Shown: one piece after another, positions 1 through 8,940 of the stretch
Numbering within the stretch: position 1 is the first letter of the stretch
Layout of the letters: every line of letters starts with the position of its first letter
Made by a program: the position numbers and the translations under genes
Notes under the pieces: generated by a model
What the model was told of the DNA's origin: nothing
Databases searched by the model: none
What the model saw: the letters and a program-made list of their open reading frames with translations, nothing else
Source: Candidatus Woesearchaeota archaeon
GTDB taxonomy: Archaea > Nanobdellota > Nanobdellia > Pacearchaeales > UBA284
Assembly (NCBI GenBank): GCA_964354405.1
Contig: CAYGZP010000002.1
Coordinates: forward strand, 5,061-69,060
Direction: 5' to 3'
DNA: 64,000 nucleotides

Positions 1-15
1 TTTTCTCGAACATTT

Positions 16-627
16 TCAGCCACATTTCAAAATTCTTTTAATTAAATTATTGATTTTTTCAAATTGATATTTTCTTTCTACTGCGATAGTATAAATTTTC
101 TCATCTGTTACACTTCCATTTCCTCGGGGCAACCCATCTAACGCAACACAAGTCATGAAATCTGAAATTGTTTCTTGGAAAGCTCGTCTTTTTCTTAATT
201 TTTCTGTTGGTTCAGGAGCTTTATAAAAACTGATATCAAGATAGTTGAGGAAAAATTTGTGAAAGAGTCTTTTTACTCTTGGAATGTGGGTTTCAGAGCT
301 CACCACAGCAAGTTTCTTCCAACCTTGCTCTCTGGCAAGATTTTTTATCTCATAAACATTAGCCTCTGTGTTGTGGGCATATAACGCAAATGGGTGGATT
401 TGTTCAACATCATCTCCATAATTTTTTAATCTGGAATCATCATACAAGTCGCCTTCAAAACCAGGATCATGGGCTTTTTTAGAATTAAATCCGTTTAAAA
501 CAAAATTGTCCGAGAAACCTTGATAATAAAGCTCAAGCGCTTTGTCTAATCTAAGCGCAGTTGTTTCATTATCCGCGCTCAAAACAACAATCGCATCATA
601 TTTATTTGCCATTTTATCCCCGCTCAC
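16..627 (-). CDS. DUF218 / YdcF-SanA-like protein
   Basis: 203-aa ORF. 'DAIVVLSADN' and 'LAVVSSETHIPRVKRLF' resemble the conserved blocks of the DUF218 fold. The GTG start overlaps the upstream stop (GTGA); an alternative ATG lies at 612. Confidence 0.5.
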   Translation of the reverse strand: MSGDKMANKYDAIVVLSADNETTALRLDKALELYYQGFSDNFVLNGFNSKKAHDPGFEGDLYDDSRLKNYGDDVEQIHPFALYAHNTEANVYEIKNLAREQGWKKLAVVSSETHIPRVKRLFHKFFLNYLDISFYKAPEPTEKLRKRRAFQETISDFMTCVALDGLPRGNGSVTDEKIYTIAVERKYQFEKINNLIKRILKCG

Positions 628-1694
628 AAAAGTTCTAATTTATTCAATCCTCTTTCTGTTACTGTGTACTCTTCAATGGGAGTTATCTCTCCATTAGAAT
701 CTTCTATACCATAAATAACCGCTTTCTCGAATTTTTTATCCTTTCCATTCAAATCAATTATTGAAAAAGTGCAAGTCCCTTGCCCCGCTCCAAATTCTCT
801 GCTCAAACTTCCCGGATTAATTAAGACAGTTCTACCGTATTTCTTTACTCCTCTGTTCACAGCACTTGAATGCATGTGCCCGAAAAGCCACAACACCGAG
901 GGTTCTTCTTGTTTCTGTAATTCTGCAAGATAAAGATTAAGAGCATAATTCCCGCCGCGAGACGAGTCATCTCCCTGGACTTTTGCTTGTCCATTCAAGA
1001 TATAATCCAAAACTCTAAGCGGTGGCATATGAGTAATCATGATATCAGAAGGATTATCTCTGAAAAAAGTCAGTGCTTCTGAATTAATTTCAGTTAAATT
1101 TCCTTTGTCATCAAATTTATGAGTCTCATTAAAAGGAACAACAATCTCTTGAGGAATCCATATTGGGCAAACATCTGCGCCACCATATCCCGCGATTGTT
1201 AAATTTGAACTGTTGCATTTGATATCTTTTTTCTGTAAATGCAAGCTATTCTCGAATATCTCCTGCATCAATTCATTGTTGTCATAATTTCCAGGCAATT
1301 TTAATGAAGGCAATTCAAGCTCGTCAAAAACTTCTGCCATTTTTTTGTATTTTTCTGCCATTCCTTCGCGAGCAACATCGGATAAATATAAATATTCAGC
1401 CCCAATTTTTTGTAATCCCTCGCTAAGATTTTGTTCAGAAAGCTCTTTTGCAAAATCAGTTAATTTTCCCTCAAATTTTTTATTTTGAGCCTGTAGATAA
1501 AGTTCATTAAGGTTTTCCATGTATCTTTCAAAAGTTTCTCGTAAAGCCCAAGGAGTATTGATAAAATCTCCGTTAGCAATCCACAAGTCTACTTTCTGTT
1601 CCAAGCCGAACCTTCCAGCTTTTTGCAACATCGCATTATCTTCATGTGAATCGGTGGTGTATAAGATTTTCATTTTTTTATTTCCCCGCTTCAT
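624..1694 (-). CDS. calcineurin-like metallophosphoesterase
   Basis: Motifs 'TTDSHED', 'ANGDF', 'PGNYDN' and 'FGHMH' occur in canonical order. An alternative ATG (MKILYTT) lies at 1673. Confidence 0.7.
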   Translation of the reverse strand: MKRGNKKMKILYTTDSHEDNAMLQKAGRFGLEQKVDLWIANGDFINTPWALRETFERYMENLNELYLQAQNKKFEGKLTDFAKELSEQNLSEGLQKIGAEYLYLSDVAREGMAEKYKKMAEVFDELELPSLKLPGNYDNNELMQEIFENSLHLQKKDIKCNSSNLTIAGYGGADVCPIWIPQEIVVPFNETHKFDDKGNLTEINSEALTFFRDNPSDIMITHMPPLRVLDYILNGQAKVQGDDSSRGGNYALNLYLAELQKQEEPSVLWLFGHMHSSAVNRGVKKYGRTVLINPGSLSREFGAGQGTCTFSIIDLNGKDKKFEKAVIYGIEDSNGEITPIEEYTVTERGLNKLELL

Positions 1695-2004
1695 AATTTC
1701 TGCGTTTTTTTAACAATATTCTTTTAGTTGTCATCACACATTCAACTTTATCTCTTTCATCCGCCAAGACCTCCTCTATTTTCTTTGGATCTTTGGTTTT
1801 TTTAAGCAATTTAAAAGCCCTTTTTATCTGCCCCGCGGCTATAGCATAAGAATAAGCTCTTACAAAATCTCCCTTTGATTCACAAAGTCTGCTTTCGTTA
1901 GAATACACCTGTTTCTTAGCCCATTCATAGAACTTATAAGATTTTACATAATTTCCATTCTTGAATGCATTGTCCGCTTCTTTAACAAGTTCATTTATTC
2001 TCAT
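1678..2004 (-). CDS. hypothetical helical protein
   Basis: 108-aa ORF, co-directional with and overlapping the downstream gene. K/E/Y-rich, helical-repeat-like. No recognisable motif. Confidence 0.3.
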   Translation of the reverse strand: MRINELVKEADNAFKNGNYVKSYKFYEWAKKQVYSNESRLCESKGDFVRAYSYAIAAGQIKRAFKLLKKTKDPKKIEEVLADERDKVECVMTTKRILLKKRRNYEAGK

Positions 2005-2117
2005 TTTATCTCAATTTTGATAAATTACAAAGGCAAAACCCATATTTAAATCTTGCTATTTGTCACTATTTAATAGTAGTATAATAAATATATAAAACGC
2101 CCTGAGTTAAAACAATC

Positions 2118-2888
2118 ATGATTTCATTCGAACCCTTGCACACTTTATTTCAGATAGGAAGCTTCAAAGTTTTCACATGGGGTTTCATGTTTGTGATTGG
2201 TTTTCTCGTTGCTTTATTATTGATCTGGCGCGAAGCAAGGAAACAGAAAATAGAAGATAGACATATCTATAATGTTGCTTTGTTGATATTAATAGGAGCT
2301 ATTATCGGCCCTCGTTTAGTGTTTGTTCTCGAGCATCTCGCTTATTTCGTTGAAAAACCCCTCGAGATACTCATGACGTGGCAGGGAGGCATCACAAGTT
2401 ATGGCGCTTTTCTCGGTGTGTTATTTGTATGGCTCTACGCAAGGAAACAAAAAGGCATAACATTCACACAAATCTTAGATTTAGTTGCTCCTTATCTTCT
2501 GTTAGCAATTGCAATCACAAGAATAGGATGCTTCCTTAACTGGGATGATTTAGGCAGCGCGAGTTCACTGCCGTGGGCAATTCAAGCAGGCAGTGATGTC
2601 GCAAGACATCCGACACAATTATATGAAAGTTTATACTCACTTGTGTCATTTTTCATCCTTCTCGGATTCAAGAAAATAAGAGATAAAGGCCGCGAGACAA
2701 AATTCAAGAAGTTATTGGAAAAACCTGGAGCCTTGTTCCTGTTCTTTTTAATATTTTACAGCTTCTTCCGTTTCTTTAATGACTTTCTTCGGGAGTATGA
2801 AACAAGTTTCCTTGGCTTGGCATTGAGTCAGTGGATTTGTCTTTTCATATTTATTTTTAGTTTTGCAATGTTATCTAGAAAAAGATAA
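2118..2888 (+). CDS. lgt: prolipoprotein diacylglyceryl transferase (Lgt family, divergent)
   Basis: Polytopic membrane ORF with Lgt-type blocks 'GPRLVFV', 'WQGGITSYGAFLG', 'RIGCFLNWDDLG', 'PWAI' and 'RHPTQLYES'. The Asn of the RIGNF block is replaced by Cys. Confidence 0.7.
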   Translation: MISFEPLHTLFQIGSFKVFTWGFMFVIGFLVALLLIWREARKQKIEDRHIYNVALLILIGAIIGPRLVFVLEHLAYFVEKPLEILMTWQGGITSYGAFLGVLFVWLYARKQKGITFTQILDLVAPYLLLAIAITRIGCFLNWDDLGSASSLPWAIQAGSDVARHPTQLYESLYSLVSFFILLGFKKIRDKGRETKFKKLLEKPGALFLFFLIFYSFFRFFNDFLREYETSFLGLALSQWICLFIFIFSFAMLSRKR

Positions 2889-4127
2889 TTACAACAGCTC
2901 GCCCCAGCCAATCAGTCTCCAATGCCCTTGATAGTTTCTCGCTAGGCCAACCCTCTCGCTCTTGAAAGGAACAATGGGGATTTTCAATACAAGTTCAATA
3001 TCATTTCCTTTGATTCTTATAACAGTTCCGACAGTTGTTGCAGTGTTCGCGCTAAGCATAAGATATTCATTAGTTTTCAAAGGCTCAATTTTAATAGCTT
3101 CTTTTTCTTTCGCTCCCACAATTTCCTTGAACAAGTTTACTTTTACAATAATCTTGTAGACAATTTCTGGCAGCGAGCCAGTCAAACCCGCGATACATCC
3201 AGCGAGTGAATCAGCTTTTGTCAAGAATGGGTCGAGAGAAGTTTGGATTGCCAGCGAGCCTGAAGGCAAAGCTTCTTTCAAATCATTATTTCCTGCTCGC
3301 AAGGCAAGAATTTTTGTCTTTACAGTCTTGTAGATTGTCTGATCATGTTTCTTTGAAGACAAGCCAGGCTTGATTTCAATTTCATCTCCAACATGCAAAA
3401 TTCCTTGTTTCAAAGTTCCGCCTAACACTCCTCCTTGGAGCTCTCTAGGCCGAGTTCCCGGGCGATTAATATCAAATGAACGAGCCACTAAGAACAATGG
3501 TTTGGATTTTTCATCTCTTTTGGGCGCAGTCAATTGTGTTATTGCCTCGAGCAGCGCGTCAATATTAATGGCCTGCTGTCCGCAGATAGGAATTATCACT
3601 GCATTTTCCGCGCTCGAGCCCTTGATAAACTCTCTGATTTCTTTGTATTGCTTGAGAGCTTGCTCTTTTGGTATCAAATCTAATTTGTTCTGCACAATAA
3701 TTATTTGTTTGATTCCTTTTGCCTCCAAGGCCAGCAGATGTTCTTTAGTCTGTGGCTGGGGAAAAGGCTCATTAGCTGCAATGACAAGAAGCGCGGCATC
3801 GATTATTGCAGCTCCCCCTAACATCGTCGCCATCAGCATCTCATGCCCGGGAGCATCGACAAAACTTACATATTCTATGTCTTTTGCCTTGCCTCCGCAC
3901 TCACACTCTTTCTTTGCCGTAAACTTTCCACACTTCTCGCATTTCCTGATGATTATGTCAGCATATCCCAACTTGATTGTAATTCCTCTTTTCAATTCTT
4001 CAGAATGCTTGTCAGCCCAAACTCCTGTGATCTGATACATCAGGGTTGTCTTGCCATGATCTATATGCCCAACTATCCCGATGTTCAGCAATGGTTGTTT
4101 AGTAAGAGTAATTTGTTCACTCATCAC
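2889..4127 (-). CDS. eif2g: translation initiation factor aIF2 gamma subunit
   Basis: GTPase motifs 'GHIDHGKTT', 'DAPGH' and 'NKLD', plus the Cys-rich zinc knuckle 'CEKCGKFTAKKECECGG' typical of a/eIF2 gamma. Confidence 0.95.
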   Translation of the reverse strand: MMSEQITLTKQPLLNIGIVGHIDHGKTTLMYQITGVWADKHSEELKRGITIKLGYADIIIRKCEKCGKFTAKKECECGGKAKDIEYVSFVDAPGHEMLMATMLGGAAIIDAALLVIAANEPFPQPQTKEHLLALEAKGIKQIIIVQNKLDLIPKEQALKQYKEIREFIKGSSAENAVIIPICGQQAINIDALLEAITQLTAPKRDEKSKPLFLVARSFDINRPGTRPRELQGGVLGGTLKQGILHVGDEIEIKPGLSSKKHDQTIYKTVKTKILALRAGNNDLKEALPSGSLAIQTSLDPFLTKADSLAGCIAGLTGSLPEIVYKIIVKVNLFKEIVGAKEKEAIKIEPLKTNEYLMLSANTATTVGTVIRIKGNDIELVLKIPIVPFKSERVGLARNYQGHWRLIGWGELL

Positions 4128-4171
4128 AGAACAAGAATAACTTTACTTTTAAATTTTGCTTAATTATATTC

Positions 4172-5045
4172 TTAAAGAATTTCTAACCAAGGGATACAGT
4201 TTTTTTTCAAATCTACAAGCGCATTCTCCCTTATTACTCTTACTCTTTCACGGGTTACTCCTAAAACTTTGCTGATATCTTCAAGACTTTGTATTTCATA
4301 TTCTCCAATACCAAAGTTTCTCATGACCACTTCTCTTTTTTTAATATTAAGTTTAGACAGTGCTAAATTGACTTGTTCGCTCATTTTTTTCGTTTTAAAA
4401 TTTTTTTGAAGGGATGGTCGCAACTCATCAAATGCTCCTAAAATCTGATTAGTATATTGATTCAAATAATCAGGTATTGGCTCTCTACATTGGGTTAAAT
4501 ACTCGTCAGCGTCGGAGTTTGCAGCATTTTCCAAGAATTCTTCGATTTCTTCTAGCGACAATGGTTTTTTTTGATGCTTCTAATGCAAGCCATACGTAAC
4601 AAACATCTTTCTTGATCTCTTGGGCTATTTCTTCAGATGTTGGGGTTCTTCCCAAATCCTTTTGTAATTTAAAAAGTGCTTTTTTTATTTGGTTTGTAAG
4701 GGGTTTGCCTTCCTTCGTATCCGCCCTTTTTATTTCATTCAACATAGCCCATTTAATGCCAATTCCAGCATAAGTACCAAATTTAACTCGTCTTTTCCAA
4801 TCATAAGTTCTGGCAGCCTTGATCAAAGCTTCATTCCCTGCGCTTATAAGGTCTTGATAATAGATATCAGAATTTGGATGATATAGCCTATTCGCATAAT
4901 ACACAACGAGCCTCAAATTAGAAGTTATCAAAGACTCCAAGGCTTTTTCATTTCCCCTTTCAGCTCTTCTTGCCAAGTTGATTTCCTCTCTTCTAGAAAG
5001 TAAGGAATATTGCCTAATTTTTTTAATATAATCGTGAAATTTCAT
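4172..5045 (-). pseudogene. sigma-70 family RNA polymerase sigma factor, split by a 1-nt frameshift in a homopolymer
   Basis: ORF 4506..5045 carries region 2 ('DLISAGNEALIKAARTYDWKRRVKFGTYAGIGIKWAMLNEI') and region 3 ('LGRTPTSEEIAQEI'). ORF 4172..4561 carries region 4.2 ('SLEDISKVLGVTRERVRVIRENALVDLKK'). The frames meet at the T8 run 4565..4572 (A8 on the coding strand). Removing one base gives one continuous ORF of about 290 aa. Confidence 0.8.
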
Positions 5046-5068
5046 TTTTATTTTTTAAATCTTATTGA

Positions 5069-5287
5069 TTAAACTAAAAACTCCTTTACAAAATAATCAG
5101 TTGTTGTAACATATAAATCTCCTTTATATCTCAAAGCGTGAAAATAGTCTCCATTCTCATCTTTTTGGAATTCATTTTCAAAAATAATCTCGCCGCCCCA
5201 TTTAAGAGCCCCACAGAAAGTTTCGAACTCTATAGGAATCGCGCTGTTTTTGATTTCTTTAACTAGTCTCGGGTTTTCTTCTGGCAT
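5069..5287 (-). CDS. hypothetical protein
   Basis: 72-aa ORF, 23 nt upstream of the sigma-like gene on the same strand. No motif recognised. Confidence 0.35.
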   Translation of the reverse strand: MPEENPRLVKEIKNSAIPIEFETFCGALKWGGEIIFENEFQKDENGDYFHALRYKGDLYVTTTDYFVKEFLV

Positions 5288-5292
5288 TTTGT

Positions 5293-5556
5293 TTATTCGC
5301 TTTTTCGTTGAATAAATTTAATAAGAGTTTTCAACTGCTCTTCATTAATTTCTCCCTGATTAGTTTGTCTTACAATCTTCTCCAAATCTTCCTTATGATA
5401 TTTTGAATCTGGAACAATTCCAATTATTGTTCTTTTTTGGGTGTATATATTATCTATACATTTATTAGTTGCTTCAATACCCCCGCAATGGTCTAAAATA
5501 TAACTCTCACTGCCATTACTTGCCTTACTTATAACGGAATACCAAAAGTTTATCAT
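5293..5556 (-). CDS. hypothetical protein
   Basis: 87-aa ORF with a 4-nt overlap with the upstream gene, suggesting an operon. No motif recognised. Confidence 0.35.
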   Translation of the reverse strand: MINFWYSVISKASNGSESYILDHCGGIEATNKCIDNIYTQKRTIIGIVPDSKYHKEDLEKIVRQTNQGEINEEQLKTLIKFIQRKSE

Positions 5557-5963
5557 TTTTTTACTTTTTGTAAATAAGGTTCAAAGAATTTTCTAAAGGA
5601 CTTATAGATACCATTTGCTTTTCTGAAAGTCTCTGCTTTGGCCTTGTCTTTACTGTTCTTCTCGTATTTCGTATCAGTATTACGTTTTAAATTTGTAAAC
5701 CAAAAATTATCCAAATCCCCATTATTTCCATAATCAACAAAAACTCCCAGTTCTTCATCAGCTATACGCATATAAATTGCGTCATTTGCCGAATCTGCGT
5801 TAAAAAAGAGGATGCACTCTTTTGAATCATATACATCTGGTTGGTCTACCCAATATGCCTTTCCTTTTGGGAACTCCATAAGATAAATTTTAGGTTCCAT
5901 TGCGGGTTTCCCTTGCGTAAACAAGCACAATGCCAAACTTGAAACCAAAGTTGCGAGTGACAT
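5553..5963 (-). CDS. hypothetical secreted protein
   Basis: 136-aa ORF with an N-terminal hydrophobic segment 'LATLVSSLALCLF' (signal-peptide-like, LALC). Tightly packed with its neighbours. Confidence 0.4.
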   Translation of the reverse strand: MSLATLVSSLALCLFTQGKPAMEPKIYLMEFPKGKAYWVDQPDVYDSKECILFFNADSANDAIYMRIADEELGVFVDYGNNGDLDNFWFTNLKRNTDTKYEKNSKDKAKAETFRKANGIYKSFRKFFEPYLQKVKK

Positions 5964-5964
5964 T

Positions 5965-6669
5965 TTAGATAAGCTCCCTTGGTTTTAAAGCCTGATAAAA
6001 GAAAGTATTGGCATTAGGTTGGCTATGCCATTCTTTTCCGTCATACATCAAATCAATGCTTCTTGAATTTTTAAAAAGATGAATGACATGACCTTCTTTT
6101 ATTTCTAAGGTTTTGTGATATTTTTCCGGGTTTTCTAGAGAATCATATTTTATTTTTGCATCAAATGCGCGAGTGAGTTTTGGATCAAATATATTAAAGC
6201 CGAGTTTCAGGTTCTGTCGCCAGTAATCTAAAAAACTGTCATTAATGTGACAACCAAAAATATAGATGGGAAAATGACGGGGTTTAGACTGGTTATTATC
6301 AGTTAAGAAAAGCATTGGCCGAATTTTAAATCCTTCTTTAGAAAAGTCTTCTACTATTTCAGGATAAACCTCAAACATTTGGCTTTCTGTCTTATAAAAA
6401 GAAGCAATTAAAATCCCTTCTTTTTCTTCTTTATCCTTTAAACGAATCTTTTGTGGTGTCTGTTTTTTCCCAATATTAGCGTATACCGGAGAAAAACATA
6501 TTTTCTTATTGTGCCAATTCACTTGGAACCAACTTTCATCAAACTGGTTTGCTATGATAATTCTTTTCGTAAAGCCTTCTGTTTCTATTATCTCTCCTGC
6601 ATGAATTGTAAGTCCTTCCCTTAATACTCTTTCTAACTGTTTTTGTATCATAGAATCAAAAAGAACCAA
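5965..6669 (-). CDS. hypothetical protein
   Basis: 234-aa ORF, 1 nt from the downstream gene. No motif recognised. Confidence 0.4.
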   Translation of the reverse strand: MVLFDSMIQKQLERVLREGLTIHAGEIIETEGFTKRIIIANQFDESWFQVNWHNKKICFSPVYANIGKKQTPQKIRLKDKEEKEGILIASFYKTESQMFEVYPEIVEDFSKEGFKIRPMLFLTDNNQSKPRHFPIYIFGCHINDSFLDYWRQNLKLGFNIFDPKLTRAFDAKIKYDSLENPEKYHKTLEIKEGHVIHLFKNSRSIDLMYDGKEWHSQPNANTFFYQALKPRELI

Positions 6670-6713
6670 TTATATTTAAATCTTTCCTTTAAAGTGATAA
6701 CAAAATCTAAGAA

Positions 6714-7043
6714 TTACTTCTTCAATGCCTTTTCAAGAAGCTCTCGAGCTTCCTGCTCTGCTCTGATAAATAAGTTTTCATTGCTGGCATCTCTTGAAAT
6801 ATAGCCTTCTCTCCCTCCCTTAAACTCGTCAAAACTAATTTCGCCTTCCTTATAGTTTTTATCAACCCACCATCCTTTTCCATCCATGTAAATCATATTT
6901 CCTTTTATTTTTTCAAATCTTCGACCTTCAATCTCAATAGGATAATTTATCTTCGGCCTTGCAGAATAAAGGCAGTTCAAGCTCGCCGAAATAAGAAAAA
7001 TTTCCAAGCCTTTCCTTGCCCAATCAGAGATTTTACTCAACAT
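6714..7043 (-). CDS. hypothetical protein (start uncertain)
   Basis: The ORF is open up to 7184, but that version overlaps the upstream gene by 150 nt. The ATG at 7043 (MLSKISDW...) leaves only an 11-nt overlap. Hydrophobic N-terminus 'GLEIFLISASLNC'. Confidence 0.35.
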   Translation of the reverse strand: MLSKISDWARKGLEIFLISASLNCLYSARPKINYPIEIEGRRFEKIKGNMIYMDGKGWWVDKNYKEGEISFDEFKGGREGYISRDASNENLFIRAEQEARELLEKALKK

Positions 7044-7362
7044 ATTGTACTCGCCCGTTTTCTTGCGACCATTTGTACTTTGCAGCCCATTTATCCATAT
7101 ACACTTTGCCTCTTGGATTATCTTTATTAAATCCTTCTCCAGTAGCCTGTACAAAAACGCTCTCAACTGTCCCATCACAATCAAAATCCCAACCTATTCC
7201 AATAATCTGATAGTCCGTGCCTGTTGGAAAAATGTGATGAGCACCAGTTTGCTTGTCCTTGAAAGTTATAAAATCATATTCCGCCTCTTTGCCCTTTTTA
7301 CATCCGCCGATGACTGTTCCAAGAATTAATGCCACTAAACAAACTAAATTTTTAGCTTTCAT
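7033..7362 (-). CDS. putative lipoprotein
   Basis: 109-aa ORF. N-terminus 'MKAKNLVCLVALILGTVIGGCKKG' is a signal peptide ending in a lipobox-like I-G-G-C. Confidence 0.45.
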   Translation of the reverse strand: MKAKNLVCLVALILGTVIGGCKKGKEAEYDFITFKDKQTGAHHIFPTGTDYQIIGIGWDFDCDGTVESVFVQATGEGFNKDNPRGKVYMDKWAAKYKWSQENGRVQYVE

Positions 7363-7415
7363 GACTTAATGAGATAAACGCGGTTTTTAAATATTTATAG
7401 AGAAAAACATATACT

Positions 7416-8357
7416 TTACTCTTCCTTTTCTTTTTTTACTTGCACGAGTATTTCTAAAGGAAAAGCTCTTTTCAACGCGCCAGCAACTCTTGCTCTTACT
7501 TCTATGCTATCTCTTTCGGGAATATTGCGAATAATAAACTCTGGCTCTGTCCGTAATTTATCTGTCCTGATAGATTCCCATCTTGTTAGCTCGAAAGAGT
7601 AAGCATAAAGAGTTATGGGATTCTTTTGCAAACTCTTAACGAGAGGATCATTGTATGGCGCTAAACTTTCTGATGCAATCAATCCATAACAAATATTAAA
7701 AATTCTTCTTATATCCCCGTCTCTTGAGATTCCTGCAAATGATTGTTCGAGAGAGGAATTAAATAAAGCCGCAACAAATTTTTCATCTGTATGCAAATCT
7801 TTATACTCTCGCCTTAAAGGTTTTTTATCATGCTCCCCCGAGCTTGCTCTTGCTTTTTTCAATCCAATCCTATCTGTGATTAATTGAATGCTTTCTGTCA
7901 GAAGCTCATAGCGTTCTTTGTTTAGTGGACAATATATTTTTTCCTTGGCTTTTTTTACTAAATTATAAGAAAGAAGACAAATTTCATTAAAAATATCTTT
8001 ATTAACATTTGGTTTGCCAAGCTCGCGCCCATATTTTACTCTTTTAGGGACATTTGCTTCGAAAGTATTAAGATTTCTGGCTTTTTCACTTATTACCTTA
8101 GAAAAATTAGCAAGCTCGTCAACAGTATCCTCAATTACCATTATGTTAGGCCGGTCTAAGAATTCCAGTGCGTCATTTAAACTGTCTCTTGCTTCGCGTA
8201 ATTGAGCAAATTTTAGCTCCTTATAAATTCGCGCCTTGTAAATATTGTCAGTAAAGTTTTGTTGCTTAAATATGTTAGAAGTATCAGTCAAAAGTCTAGG
8301 CTCTCTTGCCACTATTTCTTTAGGACTCAAATCAATTTCCAATATGTGATTTCCCAT
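7416..8357 (-). CDS. hypothetical protein
   Basis: 313-aa ORF, first gene of the co-directional ORFan run 8357->5069. No motif recognised. Confidence 0.4.
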   Translation of the reverse strand: MGNHILEIDLSPKEIVAREPRLLTDTSNIFKQQNFTDNIYKARIYKELKFAQLREARDSLNDALEFLDRPNIMVIEDTVDELANFSKVISEKARNLNTFEANVPKRVKYGRELGKPNVNKDIFNEICLLSYNLVKKAKEKIYCPLNKERYELLTESIQLITDRIGLKKARASSGEHDKKPLRREYKDLHTDEKFVAALFNSSLEQSFAGISRDGDIRRIFNICYGLIASESLAPYNDPLVKSLQKNPITLYAYSFELTRWESIRTDKLRTEPEFIIRNIPERDSIEVRARVAGALKRAFPLEILVQVKKEKEE

Positions 8358-8419
8358 CTTAGCTCAGATTTAACATTTAATTGAAATATTTAAAGATTTA
8401 TTCAGAAACAAGGGGCTTA

Positions 8420-8899
8420 TTATTTCTTGTCTTCTTCCTTTACTTCTGGCTTGGTTTCTTTAGTCTCTTCTTTCGCCTCGGTTTTTGCCTCGCCTTCTGT
8501 TTTTGTTTCAGCCTTAGCCTCTTTCTTTCCAAAAATCTCTTCAAAACTTTTCGCGCCTTCTTTCGAGACTTTCAAGTTGATTTGAATAATGTCATCGGCG
8601 ATTGTGTTTCCCCTGACAAGTTTTCTCAATCTTAATCCTTGGGGCTTTTTTGTCTTCATTCCTTTTCCTCTAGTCAAAAGCAATCGTTTTCTTCCGACAC
8701 CTTCAACTTGTGAGAGCGCTGGGAATCCCGCCTTGTCGCTCGCCCCTGTGATTACAAACTCGTAGCCCTCTAATTTTGGCTCAAAATCTTTGCCCTCAAC
8801 TTTTTCTCCAAGCTTCTTGCCGACAAAAACATCGCTGCCCGAGTCTAAGTGCACAGTTCTCTTGCTTTTAGGATCTCCAATGTCTAATTTGAATGGCAT
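8420..8899 (-). CDS. rps6e: 30S ribosomal protein S6e
   Basis: 'ITGASDKAGFPA' and 'RKRLLLTRGKG...LRLRKLVRGN' match the S6e family. C-terminal K/E/T-rich low-complexity tail. Confidence 0.85.
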   Translation of the reverse strand: MPFKLDIGDPKSKRTVHLDSGSDVFVGKKLGEKVEGKDFEPKLEGYEFVITGASDKAGFPALSQVEGVGRKRLLLTRGKGMKTKKPQGLRLRKLVRGNTIADDIIQINLKVSKEGAKSFEEIFGKKEAKAETKTEGEAKTEAKEETKETKPEVKEEDKK

Positions 8900-8940
8900 G
8901 ATAATCTCTCGATTTGATTATTTAAAAAACTATCTAAAAA

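Noticed and set aside
3370-4035. 221-aa plus-strand ORF (with 2962-3159 and 3843-4163) inside the aIF2 gamma gene
   Set aside because: It lies antisense to a confidently identified conserved gene. Its S/C/L/F-rich composition is typical of shadow frames, and it has no motif.
4565-4572. Programmed -1 ribosomal frameshift at the A-AAA-AAA-type slippery run in the sigma-like gene
   Set aside because: The downstream frame is +1 (or -2) relative to the upstream frame, so a canonical -1 slip does not restore the protein. I saw no downstream stimulatory structure. An indel, sequencing error or transcriptional slippage are more economical explanations.
8381-8635. 84-aa plus-strand ORF rich in F/L/C
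   Set aside because: It lies antisense to the K/E-rich tail of S6e and is a mirror-frame artefact.
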